Both the position numbers and the translations under genes were made by a program. The notes under the pieces are model-generated. The model had not been told where the DNA came from. It saw only the letters and a list, made by a program, of their open reading frames with translations, and ran no database searches. Positions 29,063-39,448 of a stretch of 64,000 nucleotides of DNA are shown one piece after another. Positions within the stretch are counted from its first letter, which is position 1; each line of letters begins with the position of its first letter. Origin of the DNA: an uncultured Candidatus Saccharibacteria bacterium (lineage in GTDB: Bacteria; Patescibacteriota; Minisyncoccia; Phycocordibacterales; UBA9973); contig CAYYSI010000001.1 in NCBI GenBank assembly GCA_964474435.1, forward strand, positions 190,647 through 254,646. Direction: 5' to 3'.

Positions 29063-29275
29063 CTATTCCGATACGAGCGTAAAGCGAGGGACTATTTCGC
29101 CTTCCCATTCTACTTCATCAAAAAATAAATTCATTGGTCGAATATAAATTCGACCGCTATGAACTTGTTCGTACACAACCATATCTTCTGCTGTTTCAGA
29201 ATGTTTACCTAAAATAATGATTTTGTAATCATGTCCTTTGTAGTGTTTCCAAATTTGTCCGGGTTTTAGTTCCAT
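29063..29275 (-). CDS. DUF1653 family protein
   Basis: WKHYKG..Y, HSET, VVY, RP..F, RF. Confidence 0.85.
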   Translation of the reverse strand: MELKPGQIWKHYKGHDYKIIILGKHSETAEDMVVYEQVHSGRIYIRPMNLFFDEVEWEGEIVPRFTLVSE

Positions 29276-29276
29276 A

Positions 29277-29480
29277 CTACTGTTTTTTGCTTTTAGTAAA
29301 ATATTTTATTGCTAAGACAAGAAATATAATAGAAATCAATAGCAAAAATCCTCCTATAGATAATACTCCTATCAAAAAACAATTATATGAATCAGTTAAT
29401 TTGCAATATATATCTGGCATAAACCAAATTGATGTAAAAGATAAAATAGCTAGCAGTAAATAAATCAAACTTTTTTTCAT
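29277..29480 (-). CDS. Small two-TM membrane protein
   Basis: MKKSLIY start at 29480; two hydrophobic segments. Confidence 0.6.
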   Translation of the reverse strand: MKKSLIYLLLAILSFTSIWFMPDIYCKLTDSYNCFLIGVLSIGGFLLLISIIFLVLAIKYFTKSKKQ

Positions 29481-29481
29481 A

Positions 29482-30348
29482 TTAGTTATGCTCACTCTTA
29501 ATCTTCCCGCCCAACGTTCGCAACTCATCAAGCGCCATATTCGCCTCTTCTTTATTTGGCGCCTTGCCATGCCATTCAAATTTGCGTTCGAATTCTCGGA
29601 CGCCACGGCCTGGGATCGTGCGCGCAATGATGACTGATGGCTTTTCGAATACTGCCTTTGATTTGTGTACGGCGTTGATGATGTCGTCGATGTTGTTGCC
29701 ATCGATTTCTTGAACATGCCAGTTGAATGCTTCCCATTTTTTCGTAAGGCTGTCGAGCGGCATGATGTCCTCGGTATAGCCATCGATCTGGATGTTGTTG
29801 CGATCAACGATGGCGATGAGGTTGTGGAGCTTTTCTTTGCCGGCAAGCATCATTGCCTCCCAGTTGTTGCCTTCGTTGAGCTCGCCGTCTCCGAGTAAAC
29901 AATAGATGTATTTCTGACTCGTGATGCCATGATCCATGCGGTCTGCGATCGCCATTCCTACTGCTTGTGACAGCCCTGACCCCAGAGGACCAGACGACGT
30001 CTCGAGCATTGGGAGCCATTCACGATGTGGGTGACCCTGGAGACGTGAGCCGAATTTGCGAAGGGTTTGGAGTTCTTCTATAGGGAAATACCCGGCATGC
30101 GCCATCGTTGCATAGAGGACGGGGTTGATGTGGCCGTTTGAGAGCACGAGTCGATCACGGTCTGCCCATGAAGGATCCTCGGGCTTGTGACGCAGGAGTT
30201 CAAAGTAGAGTGCAGTGAACACATCTGCCATACCAAGTGGTCCTGCAGTATGTCCACTCCCCGCTTCGAGCAACATCGAAATAATCGATTCGCGAATATC
30301 GTTTGCTTTGATTTCTAATTCTCTTGTGTTGAACTCGCCTGCTGACAT
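29482..30348 (-). CDS. Transketolase, N-terminal subunit
   Basis: SGH, DRLVLSNGH, LQGHP, GDGE..EG. Confidence 0.93.
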   Translation of the reverse strand: MSAGEFNTRELEIKANDIRESIISMLLEAGSGHTAGPLGMADVFTALYFELLRHKPEDPSWADRDRLVLSNGHINPVLYATMAHAGYFPIEELQTLRKFGSRLQGHPHREWLPMLETSSGPLGSGLSQAVGMAIADRMDHGITSQKYIYCLLGDGELNEGNNWEAMMLAGKEKLHNLIAIVDRNNIQIDGYTEDIMPLDSLTKKWEAFNWHVQEIDGNNIDDIINAVHKSKAVFEKPSVIIARTIPGRGVREFERKFEWHGKAPNKEEANMALDELRTLGGKIKSEHN

Positions 30349-31028
30349 ATGTGTTTGAGTTCTTTTATTGTACCGTGTATGTCGTTTGATTGAAATACTG
30401 CAGAACCCACAACGAGTGCGGTTGCCCCAGCTTTCGCAAGATCTGCTGCAGTATTGAGATTTACTCCACCATCAACAGAGATAGTTTTGTCTGGAAACAA
30501 TGCCTTTACTTTTTTTACTTGTTCAATAGCGCGCAGATCAAATGTCTGTCCTTGAAATCCAACATTTGCAATGCCCATGCATTGGATGGTGTCGATGTAC
30601 TCGAGATATGGACGCACAAGCTCCGCATCAGTATCAACCCCGATCGCAATACCAAACGTCATGACGTCTTTGTATATAAGTGGCATGTTTTCAAAATATG
30701 GAAGCATCACATCCTCACGCATACTTTCAATATGAAAAATAATTTTTGACGGTCCAAGTGTCATGAATGTATCCATATGCTCAAGCGGATCTTTGACCAT
30801 GAGATCGAATTCGTAGTTTATATTTTCCCATTCGGGTAGACCTTCGTCTTGATTTAAAATAGATGCGAGTTTGTCTTCGTTTTTATTATTGAATGGCCAG
30901 GTGCGATTGGTTGCAAAACTCCCATCCACGAAATCAATCTGCACAGTATCTGCCGCACCACCAAGTTTCTCGATCCCGTTTGGGATATCGTAGTAGCGAA
31001 GTGGAAGGATGGCAGGAATTATTTTCAT
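30315..31028 (-). CDS. rpe: Ribulose-phosphate 3-epimerase
   Basis: IIPAIL, D..DG, GFQGQ.F, VDGG, VGS. Confidence 0.88.
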   Translation of the reverse strand: MKIIPAILPLRYYDIPNGIEKLGGAADTVQIDFVDGSFATNRTWPFNNKNEDKLASILNQDEGLPEWENINYEFDLMVKDPLEHMDTFMTLGPSKIIFHIESMREDVMLPYFENMPLIYKDVMTFGIAIGVDTDAELVRPYLEYIDTIQCMGIANVGFQGQTFDLRAIEQVKKVKALFPDKTISVDGGVNLNTAADLAKAGATALVVGSAVFQSNDIHGTIKELKHICQQASSTQEN

Positions 31029-31029
31029 A

Positions 31030-31467
31030 CTAAAACTTACTCAATCTCCGCACATGCCGCTCATCATTACTAAATGGTGTTGCGAGCCAGATGCGGACTG
31101 CTTCTATTACTTCCTCTGGTGAAAGGTATCGCGCTGCGAGCGAGAGCACATTGGATGCATTGTGTTCACGCGACAGTGTAAGTATGTCAGTTGTACCACC
31201 ATAAAATACTGCAGCTCTGATGCCTGGCACGCGGTTCGCACACATTGCCTCCCCTTGGCCACTTCCACCAAAGATCACACCCATAGAGTTGTCTGGGTCT
31301 TCTGCAACCGCTTGTGCACATGACAGGATGTAATCTGGGTAATCATCGCCATCCATGAGCTCCATTGCACCATGATCAACAACATCTATCCCTTGCTCCA
31401 ACAAATACGCCTTCAAGGCTTCCTTGTGTGAGACTCCAGTATGGTCTGTGGCGAGGTGAATTTTCAT
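31030..31467 (-). CDS. rpiB: Ribose 5-phosphate isomerase B
   Basis: DH.G, DYP, GSGQG, ANR..GIRAA, HN, RH.RR. Confidence 0.92.
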   Translation of the reverse strand: MKIHLATDHTGVSHKEALKAYLLEQGIDVVDHGAMELMDGDDYPDYILSCAQAVAEDPDNSMGVIFGGSGQGEAMCANRVPGIRAAVFYGGTTDILTLSREHNASNVLSLAARYLSPEEVIEAVRIWLATPFSNDERHVRRLSKF

Positions 31468-32493
31468 TTATTTAATCGTCTTCCCTGTCTTGATCACGTG
31501 GTCAACAAGTGTATACGTATACCCCATTTCGTTGTCGTACCAGCCCATGACTTTCACAAGGTTGCCTCCGACGACGCGAGTCATTTCGAGGTCTGCTATA
31601 GATGCATGACGATTGCCGAGGATGTCACTAGAAACCAGCGGTTCATTGGTCACTGCAAATACTCCAGCCCAACGTGGATCACTAGCTGCTTTGGTGAGGA
31701 TTGCGTTTACTTCCTCAGCAGTTGTATTTTTCTTGGAGATGAATGTCACATCAACGATTGATCCTGCAGGAACTGGTACACGGATAGAGATCCCATCAAA
31801 GAGTCCTTCGAGTTGCGGATACGCCTTGGTCACCGCGATTGCAGCACCGGTAGATGAAGGCACAATGTTTTGCGCAGCAGCGCGGCCTTCACGGAGGTCC
31901 TTTTTACTTGGACCATCGACGAGGGATTGTGATGCAGTGTAGCCATGCACAGTGTTGAGGATTGCCTTTTCGATACCAAGTGCTTCGTCCATGATACCGA
32001 TGAGTGGAGATGAAGCGTTGGTTGTACATGATGCATTAGACGTTATGTCACATGTACCAAACTTTTCTTCGTTTACTCCAAGCAATATTGTCTCGCCTGG
32101 GAATGATCCATCGCCCTTGGATGGTGCAGAGATCACTACCTTCTTTGCGCCTTGGTCGAGGTGGGACTTCGCCTTCTCGTACGCCGTGAAGAGTCCAGTT
32201 GATTCAACAACAACATCAACTCCGAGATCCTTCCATGGAAGCTTCGTTGTGTCTTTTTCAGAAATAAACTTCACAACCTTGCCATCAATGGTGAGATCAG
32301 TGCCAGAGACTTGAACATCATGTCCCCAATCGCGATACACCGTGTCATGACGGAGGAGATATGCGAGTGAATCAATACTGCCGAGGTCGTTGACTGCCAC
32401 TATCTCGATCTCAGGTCGCGCCCATGCAACCTTGAGAAATGCTCGACCAATACGTCCAAATCCATTAATAGCTACTTTGATTGTTTTATCCAT
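31468..32493 (-). CDS. gap: Glyceraldehyde-3-phosphate dehydrogenase
   Basis: INGFGRIGR, SNASCTTN, WYDNE. Confidence 0.96.
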   Translation of the reverse strand: MDKTIKVAINGFGRIGRAFLKVAWARPEIEIVAVNDLGSIDSLAYLLRHDTVYRDWGHDVQVSGTDLTIDGKVVKFISEKDTTKLPWKDLGVDVVVESTGLFTAYEKAKSHLDQGAKKVVISAPSKGDGSFPGETILLGVNEEKFGTCDITSNASCTTNASSPLIGIMDEALGIEKAILNTVHGYTASQSLVDGPSKKDLREGRAAAQNIVPSSTGAAIAVTKAYPQLEGLFDGISIRVPVPAGSIVDVTFISKKNTTAEEVNAILTKAASDPRWAGVFAVTNEPLVSSDILGNRHASIADLEMTRVVGGNLVKVMGWYDNEMGYTYTLVDHVIKTGKTIK

Positions 32494-32599
32494 ATGGGGA
32501 AAGTATAGCAGAAAATAAATAAATTCCTCCCCAAGACTAGGGAGGAATTCTCTTTAACCCTTAAAACAACCAACATGAAAATCAGTTGAGATAATATTG

Positions 32600-34003
32600 C
32601 TACGATACCATATCCTTGATCAATTGCAAGGCAAGGGCCGGATTTGCACTTCCCTTCGTCTCTTTCATCACTTGTCCTACCAGTCCTTGCAATGCAGCTT
32701 CCTTGCCTGACTTGTAGTCAGCCACAATCTTTTCATTTGCAGCTATGATTTGCGCAACGACTGCCTTTAGTGCTTCGGGGTCGTTTTGTTGGAGAAGGCC
32801 TTTTTCTTGCGCCATAGCACGAGGAGCATAGGATTCAGTAACTGAAATAGCAGTAAGAAGATCTTTTGCTGTTCGAGAAGTTATTTCATTTCCAACAACC
32901 ATTTCTATAAGTTCAACAAAATGTTTTACTTCTGGAATTTTACCTCCGATTTTTATACGACTCATTAAATCAGACACAATATAGTTTGCAGCAGTTTGTG
33001 CAAATGTAGCGTCTTTATCTGCAATGACAGCTTCAAAGAAATCAGCAAGTGCTTTGTCATATACAAATATTTCTGCATCAGCAGCTTTTACTCCCAGTGC
33101 TTCAAATCGCGCGCGTTTCTCCCATGGAAGTTCCGGCAACTCCTTTTTCATTGTTTCGAGATCAAATGCACTATGGAGCTGCATTTTTGGGAGGTCGGGG
33201 TCTGGGAAATAGCGATAGTCGTTGGCATTCTCCTTGGATCGCTGACTAAAGGTGCTCTGTTTGTTTTCATCCCACCCACGAGTTTCTTGCACAATCTCGT
33301 CTTGACGGCCGGCTTCGTAGAGTGCTTGCATGCGTGCAAGCTCGTATTGGATCGCCTTTTCTACAGACTTGAATGAGTTTAGGTTTTTGACTTCTACCTT
33401 GGTCCCAAACTTCCCTTCCTCATCAGAGATAGAAATGTTTGGCTCGACACGCATCTCTCCTTTTTCGAGGTTTGCTTCTGATACTCCAAGTGTACGGAGC
33501 AAGAGCTGAAGCTCTCTCGCAAAGTTTGCAGCATCTGTTGCGGTGTGGATCACCGGTTCAGTCACCAGCTCCATGAGTGGCACTCCGGCACGGTTGTAGT
33601 CGACGAGTGTGAAGTCACCACGATCATGTTTGGATAGCCCTGTGTCTTCTTCGAGGTGAATGCGGGTAATCGCAAAACCATTCAGTGTGCCACCTGAAAC
33701 AATCGGATATTTGTACTGCGAGATCTGATATCCCTTTGGGATGTCTGGATAAAAGTAGTTTTTGCGATCGAACTCTGAAAAGTCTGCGATGTTTGAGCCA
33801 AGCGCGAGGCCAACCTCTATCACTTTGCGGATCGCGTCCTTGTTTGGCACTGGCAATGTCCCCGGATGAGCCATGCAAATCGGGCAAATATTGGTGTTCG
33901 GACGCGTTTCGTCGGGGTCATTTTTGCATGCGCAAAACATTTTGCTCTTGGTCGACAGTTCGGCGTGGATTTCGAGCCCGATCACTGGGTAGTACGTCTT
34001 CAT
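32600..34003 (-). CDS. gatB: Asp/Glu-tRNA amidotransferase subunit B
   Basis: IGLEIH, DRKNYFYPD, HLEED, NR.G.PL.E, YRYFPDPD. Confidence 0.96.
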   Translation of the reverse strand: MKTYYPVIGLEIHAELSTKSKMFCACKNDPDETRPNTNICPICMAHPGTLPVPNKDAIRKVIEVGLALGSNIADFSEFDRKNYFYPDIPKGYQISQYKYPIVSGGTLNGFAITRIHLEEDTGLSKHDRGDFTLVDYNRAGVPLMELVTEPVIHTATDAANFARELQLLLRTLGVSEANLEKGEMRVEPNISISDEEGKFGTKVEVKNLNSFKSVEKAIQYELARMQALYEAGRQDEIVQETRGWDENKQSTFSQRSKENANDYRYFPDPDLPKMQLHSAFDLETMKKELPELPWEKRARFEALGVKAADAEIFVYDKALADFFEAVIADKDATFAQTAANYIVSDLMSRIKIGGKIPEVKHFVELIEMVVGNEITSRTAKDLLTAISVTESYAPRAMAQEKGLLQQNDPEALKAVVAQIIAANEKIVADYKSGKEAALQGLVGQVMKETKGSANPALALQLIKDMVS

Positions 34004-34100
34004 AAAGACCCAGTATAGCATACCTGTAAACCACTTGACATTTAAAGGAATGGATGTAGTATGAAAGAAAAATTCTTAAACAATTTAAATTAATACAACT

Positions 34101-34922
34101 ATGACAGTCGCACCCACATCAACCGACATGCGCCCCACCGACGACACCTTTATGAACACCCGCCTTGTTAATATCCATCATAAAAGGGCGTTTACAAATC
34201 TCTTAAATCAAAAGCAGCGAGATATTGTAATGAAACTTGAAGCAATTGAAATTACGAACCTTCTGGGACTTTCTGAAAAGGAGCTGGGTAAGCGTATGGT
34301 GGAGCTTGAGTTAGAAGATTCCAAAAATGTTATTACACCTGTAGCAAGTCCACCCGCAAAAGCAGTAGCCTCCACTGAGACAGCAAAACCGGTAAAAGAC
34401 ATTGCTATTACAGATCCAAACGAACGCAGGTTGCTGATCAATATAATCAGTATGATCTATAACGTTCAACAAGGAACAGGTGGTTTACCTGGAATGCTCA
34501 GCAAAGCCAAGGAAAGACATGATGCGTTGGTAGAAAAATCATCGAGCTTTCTAAAAGAAATTGCACCGGGCAGTACAACAGTACGTGGTGCTGTGGAAGG
34601 ACATGGTACCATACGAGCACTTTCATCCCTTTTTGGCCTTCACCAATCATCAGGGGAAGTTAACGGATCGAGTGAAATAGATGCATTGGTAACAGTTTGG
34701 GCCCACCAGTACAAAAAAGAATACCTGGGTACCCATCCTGAGATGACTGACATTGATCGCCAGGAAAAGTTTGAATCAAAGAAAAAAGATTTGATTAAGC
34801 GTACGGCCTCCCAGATTGCTGAATTTGGTGCATATACCGAAACTGATTCTTTGGAAGATAGACTGTTTTCCGTGTTTGAAGAAGTAGTTATTGTATTAAA
34901 AGGAGGTATGATGGCACCCTAA
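34101..34922 (+). CDS. Hypothetical protein (solo cassette)
   Basis: 273-aa ORF with its own TTGACA promoter and a terminator. Confidence 0.75.
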   Translation: MTVAPTSTDMRPTDDTFMNTRLVNIHHKRAFTNLLNQKQRDIVMKLEAIEITNLLGLSEKELGKRMVELELEDSKNVITPVASPPAKAVASTETAKPVKDIAITDPNERRLLINIISMIYNVQQGTGGLPGMLSKAKERHDALVEKSSSFLKEIAPGSTTVRGAVEGHGTIRALSSLFGLHQSSGEVNGSSEIDALVTVWAHQYKKEYLGTHPEMTDIDRQEKFESKKKDLIKRTASQIAEFGAYTETDSLEDRLFSVFEEVVIVLKGGMMAP

Positions 34923-35051
34923 AAGCCATTTAAAATGTTACAAGCCGATCCATATATTTGGGTCGGTTTTTTTATTTGACATATTTTTTGGAAGTAGTAG
35001 AGTGGTAGAGAACCAACTAGTTGTTTAATTTTTAAAAACCCCATTATTTTT

Positions 35052-35240
35052 ATGGCTAAGAAATCCCCAATCTTTACCTGGGACAACCTAGGACCCCTTT
35101 GTCGTCAATTAATTTTAACTGCAGCAGGCGCAAAACATCGTCGGCAGTCAAATGAGAGAACGCATGAAATACCTCATCGACTCCTCGAAATTCGCCCACA
35201 CCCCCTTCCTGGTAGATTAAAATTACTTGCTACGCATTAA
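35052..35240 (+). CDS. Possible small protein
   Basis: 62-aa ORF preceded by TTGACA-N16-TAGAGT. Confidence 0.35.
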   Translation: MAKKSPIFTWDNLGPLCRQLILTAAGAKHRRQSNERTHEIPHRLLEIRPHPLPGRLKLLATH

Positions 35241-35286
35241 CAGATTAGCCCACTAAAAAAGATTTAGCCCCGATGTTGTCGGGGCT

Positions 35287-36255
35287 TTATTGTTTCAAAA
35301 TCTTGACCAACTCATCCTTAAACTCCTTCACTCCCCCTTCATCAAACAGTGTCATTGTGAAAATTTGTTTGCCGAGTTTTTCGAATTTCTTTTTTGTAAC
35401 AGCAATGGTTGCCTCATCTACGACGTCAGTTTTGGTAAGCAAAATAATCTCATCTTTTTGGGCGAGGTTGGTGTCGTATTTTTCAAGCTCTTCGCGGATC
35501 GTTTCGTAGCTTTTCATCATATTGGGCTGTTCAAATGACACGAGGTGGACGAGGACCTTGGTCTTTGCAATGTGTTTGAGGAATTTGTGCCCGAGGCCCT
35601 TGCCGTCACTTGCACCTTCGATGAGTCCCGGGATATCTGCAAGGATAAATCCATAGAGATCGCCGAGATTGGGATCAAGGGTCGTGAATGGATAGTCGCC
35701 GACTTTTGCAGTGGCATTGGTCATGGCGTTCAGCAGGCTTGATTTACCCGCATTTGGGAATCCGATGAGTCCAACATCCGCGATGAGCGTCACTTCAATA
35801 TGGAGCTCTGCTTCCTCGCCTGGTTTGCCCAGTGTTGCCTTGTCGGGTGCTTGGTTGGTCGATGACTTGAAGTGTTCGTTACCCTTGCCACCAAAGCCCC
35901 CCTCGAGAATCTTGATCTCCTGCCCTTCTTTGGTCAGCTCGTACGACATACCAGTCGTGGTATTGGTGATCGTTGAACCTATCGGGAACTCGAGATAGAG
36001 GTCTTCGCCATTTGCACCCTTGAAACTGCGGCTGCCTCCAGCTTCGCCATCCGGAGCTGCGTATTCCTTCTTGCCTTTGTAGATGTCGAGCACGCGCAAG
36101 CTGCGGATCGCTCTGATGTACACATCGCCGCCCTGTCCGCCATCACCACCGTTTGGTCCACCTTTGGCAATGAACTTCTCGCGTCTCCAACGCACGACGC
36201 CATCGCCGCCCTTACCTGCCTTTGCACTAATTGTAATCTCATCGAGAAATGCCAT
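35287..36255 (-). CDS. obgE: GTPase ObgE/CgtA (no C-terminal domain)
   Basis: Gly-rich Obg domain, GFPNAGKS, YPFTT, DIPG, TKTD. Confidence 0.95.
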   Translation of the reverse strand: MAFLDEITISAKAGKGGDGVVRWRREKFIAKGGPNGGDGGQGGDVYIRAIRSLRVLDIYKGKKEYAAPDGEAGGSRSFKGANGEDLYLEFPIGSTITNTTTGMSYELTKEGQEIKILEGGFGGKGNEHFKSSTNQAPDKATLGKPGEEAELHIEVTLIADVGLIGFPNAGKSSLLNAMTNATAKVGDYPFTTLDPNLGDLYGFILADIPGLIEGASDGKGLGHKFLKHIAKTKVLVHLVSFEQPNMMKSYETIREELEKYDTNLAQKDEIILLTKTDVVDEATIAVTKKKFEKLGKQIFTMTLFDEGGVKEFKDELVKILKQ

Positions 36256-36275
36256 AGACTATGGTTATACCACAC

Positions 36276-37313
36276 TTAACCGATAAGTGGCGTATTTGAC
36301 TTCATCCACTCCAACACATTTTTAATACACACAGATGGATCCGATTCTGAGAAATATCCACCAGAAGCTCGATCATGTCCCCCGCCCACTCCAAGTCGCT
36401 CATGCAAATCACGCACGTTCACACTACCCGGAAGAGATCGTCCTGACATACGACAGGTCTTATCTGTACGTGGAGTGATCACAAATCCCCATCCGTATCC
36501 TTCGACACGCGGCAGGTACTGCCCCATATAGATATGACTTGCTGCAGACACATCTTCATCAGAAAAATTTTCAGCTTCTAGTATTGGCCGAGGTATAAAA
36601 CTGTACTGAACATCAGGCCATCCTGATACGCTTTCATAGCTTGTATTTTTTACCAATTCTTGGAGCAATGGAATAATGCGCTTTGGGATACCGGCGTATC
36701 GGGAGCGAAATGCGTCGATAGAAATACCAACCGTTTCTACAAGATGCTTTGCGATAATAAAAATCTGACTTTGAGCTGGTTTTACATGAGAGAAATTATT
36801 GGTGTCCCCCAAAATACCAAGAAGTATCGTTTCTGCAATATCTTTATCAATATTTTTTTCTACATCGAATGCATAATAGATAAGCTCACACGTAGAGGTC
36901 ATTGTTGGTTCAACAAGCAACAATGTGAACTCGTCGGGGGTAGATGCATGATGGTCAATACAAATAGTTTTTGATACTACTTTCAAATTTTCTGGAGATC
37001 GTGAGAACCTCCCGTATTGGCTTGCATCAAGCATGATGAGGAGATCTATACCTGTGAGATGATTGGCAACATCATCAACCCACTCGATTTTTTCAAATGC
37101 TTCAAACGATTTGTGTCTTTCAGATGGAATCCCTGTGTAGATAATCCGACTACTTTTAGTAGGATATTTATTTGCGAGAATCTGATACACAGATAGTACT
37201 GACCCTATTGAATCATCGTCCGGAGAATAGTGCGATGTGATAGCGATACTATTTGCTCCTTCTACGAGCTGATAAAAGCTTTCTCTAAATGACGTAAAAG
37301 TATTGCTATCCAT
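36276..37313 (-). CDS. DHH/DHHA1 phosphoesterase (NrnA-like)
   Basis: H..PD.DSIGS, IDHH, GDT, S.RS, GGGH. Confidence 0.88.
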   Translation of the reverse strand: MDSNTFTSFRESFYQLVEGANSIAITSHYSPDDDSIGSVLSVYQILANKYPTKSSRIIYTGIPSERHKSFEAFEKIEWVDDVANHLTGIDLLIMLDASQYGRFSRSPENLKVVSKTICIDHHASTPDEFTLLLVEPTMTSTCELIYYAFDVEKNIDKDIAETILLGILGDTNNFSHVKPAQSQIFIIAKHLVETVGISIDAFRSRYAGIPKRIIPLLQELVKNTSYESVSGWPDVQYSFIPRPILEAENFSDEDVSAASHIYMGQYLPRVEGYGWGFVITPRTDKTCRMSGRSLPGSVNVRDLHERLGVGGGHDRASGGYFSESDPSVCIKNVLEWMKSNTPLIG

Positions 37314-37315
37314 GA

Positions 37316-37651
37316 TTATTCAGAAACGAAATGACTAACGATCCAGTTGATTATGGAGATGACGAGTGCGCCGATGATTGCTGCGGTAAATGATGCAACC
37401 GTGAACCCTGTGATGATCTGTGCCACAAACCAGAAAAAGATGCCGTTGAGGATCAGTGAAAAAAGTCCGAGTGTGAGTATGTTGATCGGCAATGTGAGGA
37501 TCGTCACGATCGGTTTGATCACCATGTTGATGAACACAAGACATGCTGCAACGATGAGCGCAGTGAGTACGCTATTGACGGTCACACCTGCCACAAAGTA
37601 TGGGAGTGCAAAGACTGCGAGTGTTGTAATAAACCAGCGAAGTAAAATCAT
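37316..37651 (-). CDS. YvlD-like 4-TM membrane protein (phage holin family 4)
   Basis: N..IKP...LTLP...LTLGLF...N. Confidence 0.85.
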   Translation of the reverse strand: MILLRWFITTLAVFALPYFVAGVTVNSVLTALIVAACLVFINMVIKPIVTILTLPINILTLGLFSLILNGIFFWFVAQIITGFTVASFTAAIIGALVISIINWIVSHFVSE

Positions 37652-37663
37652 AGCTATAGTATA

Positions 37664-38116
37664 TTACACAAACAACTCTTCGACTATCTTTTTCACTACT
37701 TGCCCGTCCGCATTGCCCGCAGTTTCTTTCATCACAGCACCGACGAGAATGCCGAGCTTGGATTTGTCTTCGATCTTGAGATCTGCTTTCTTGGTTTTCG
37801 CAATAGCGCGAATGTCGTCCTCAGACATTTGTGCCGGTTGGAAATACTCAAGGAGTGCGAGCTGTGCCTTGTCATCATCAGCGAGGTCTTGTCTGCCTCC
37901 TGCTTCAAATTGTGAGATCGCATCTTTGCGCTGCTTGATAGTCTTCTTGATCACTGCGACTGCAATGTCGTCAGTGACTTCGTCCTGAGGAGTCTTGCCT
38001 GCTGCGACAAGTTCATTGGTGAACGCAGAAAGAATTCCTCGATAGGTATCGAGCGCCACCTGGTCCTTGGCACGCATTGCGTCCTTTAGCTTTTCGCGAA
38101 TATCTGTTGAGATCAT
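37664..38116 (-). CDS. GatB/YqeY domain protein
   Basis: AMRAKD, KQRKD....F..GGR, P.QMS. Confidence 0.9.
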   Translation of the reverse strand: MISTDIREKLKDAMRAKDQVALDTYRGILSAFTNELVAAGKTPQDEVTDDIAVAVIKKTIKQRKDAISQFEAGGRQDLADDDKAQLALLEYFQPAQMSEDDIRAIAKTKKADLKIEDKSKLGILVGAVMKETAGNADGQVVKKIVEELFV

Positions 38117-38147
38117 GAGTCGAGTATACCATGCTACAATGATCGGT

Positions 38148-38864
38148 ATGAAAATCTACTTTTTCGATACTGAAACGACTGGAAATACTCCAGATAGTCG
38201 GATTGTGCAACTCGCCATCAAAGAACGTAGCAACGCTACACCTCTTATTAACGAACTCTTCAAGGCGCCAATGCCGATCCCCTTTGAGGCAAGTGCCGTG
38301 CATCACATCTCAAACAAGATGGTTGCCGACAAGCCTCTTTTCAAAGAATCCCCTCGCTATGCCGAGATCAAAGAGCTTTTTGAAAGTCCGGATACGATCG
38401 TGGTTGCACACAACAGTGCCTTTGATGTGGCAATGCTCTCCGCGGAGGATATTCATCCGACCAATATCATTTGTACCTACAAGACCGTCCGACACATCGA
38501 CACCGATACGACATTTACAAACTACAAACTCCAATACTTGCGCTATGCACTCGACATGGAGCTCGACGTTGGGGCGCATGATGCATTTGCCGATGTACTC
38601 GTCCTGGAAAACGTATTTGAGTATTTGCTCAAAAAAATTATGGATGGCGGCATGAGTGAAGCTGATGCCTTGGCAGAAATGCAACGCATCACCAAGGAAC
38701 CTGCATTTATGCGTGAGTTCACCTTTGGCAAACACAAAGGTATGCGTATCGAAGAAGTCGCCAAAATCGACCTCGGCTACCTCTCCTGGCTCCTCTCCGA
38801 AAAGCTCAAGAATCCTATTGGCGAAGAAGATTGGATTTATACTCTGAAACAGTATTTGAAATAA
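38148..38864 (+). CDS. DEDDh 3'-5' exonuclease (ExoX-like) with C-terminal FGKHKG domain
   Basis: FDTETTG, AHN..FD, AHDA..D, FGKHKG. Confidence 0.88.
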   Translation: MKIYFFDTETTGNTPDSRIVQLAIKERSNATPLINELFKAPMPIPFEASAVHHISNKMVADKPLFKESPRYAEIKELFESPDTIVVAHNSAFDVAMLSAEDIHPTNIICTYKTVRHIDTDTTFTNYKLQYLRYALDMELDVGAHDAFADVLVLENVFEYLLKKIMDGGMSEADALAEMQRITKEPAFMREFTFGKHKGMRIEEVAKIDLGYLSWLLSEKLKNPIGEEDWIYTLKQYLK

Positions 38865-38912
38865 GTTGACGAAATAGAAAAATAGTGTAGAATAGAGAAA
38901 AACTATTTTACA

Positions 38913-39380
38913 ATGATATGCACAATAACGTATGACAAAGATCGAGTAGTTGAGTGGACTCAGGAAGAAACAGATCATAGTGTTGATATATGGAGGAAAT
39001 CGCCAAGTATCGACAAGATCGTAGTCGAATCAGTTGGGAGGAATATACATGCATCAAATTACAATAAATTTAAGTATGATGTTATTCACAGACTGTTTGA
39101 TTACAGAGGTGACAAAAAACCAAGGGCTCCTTTGGAGATCGTCATAGCATGTGACCACCATGTTCCGATGGGAGAAGCGCTTGATGTTGTTATTTCCCCA
39201 TTAAAAGCTTGGCAGTATCGACGTCGTCACGAATTACAAGAAACCTATGACGCAATCTGGTTTGCCGATCGTATCTATGCAATGTTTACAGGAGGTATTT
39301 TATATTCTGAAGCCCCTCTGTATCAAAACTTAGACCTCTTAAAAAAACTGATCGATCAACTTATCGAGATTAAATGTTAA
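38913..39380 (+). CDS. Hypothetical protein (solo cassette)
   Basis: 155-aa ORF with TTGACG...TAGAAT promoter. Confidence 0.7.
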   Translation: MICTITYDKDRVVEWTQEETDHSVDIWRKSPSIDKIVVESVGRNIHASNYNKFKYDVIHRLFDYRGDKKPRAPLEIVIACDHHVPMGEALDVVISPLKAWQYRRRHELQETYDAIWFADRIYAMFTGGILYSEAPLYQNLDLLKKLIDQLIEIKC

Positions 39381-39448
39381 AAATTGTTTGACCTTAAGAG
39401 CCGCCCCGTAGCGGCTCTTTTCATTTCCCCTCGTGTTACAATTGCCCT

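Noticed and set aside
37316-37651. Prophage suggested by the holin-family gene
   Set aside because: YvlD-like proteins are common chromosomal genes and the neighbours are housekeeping
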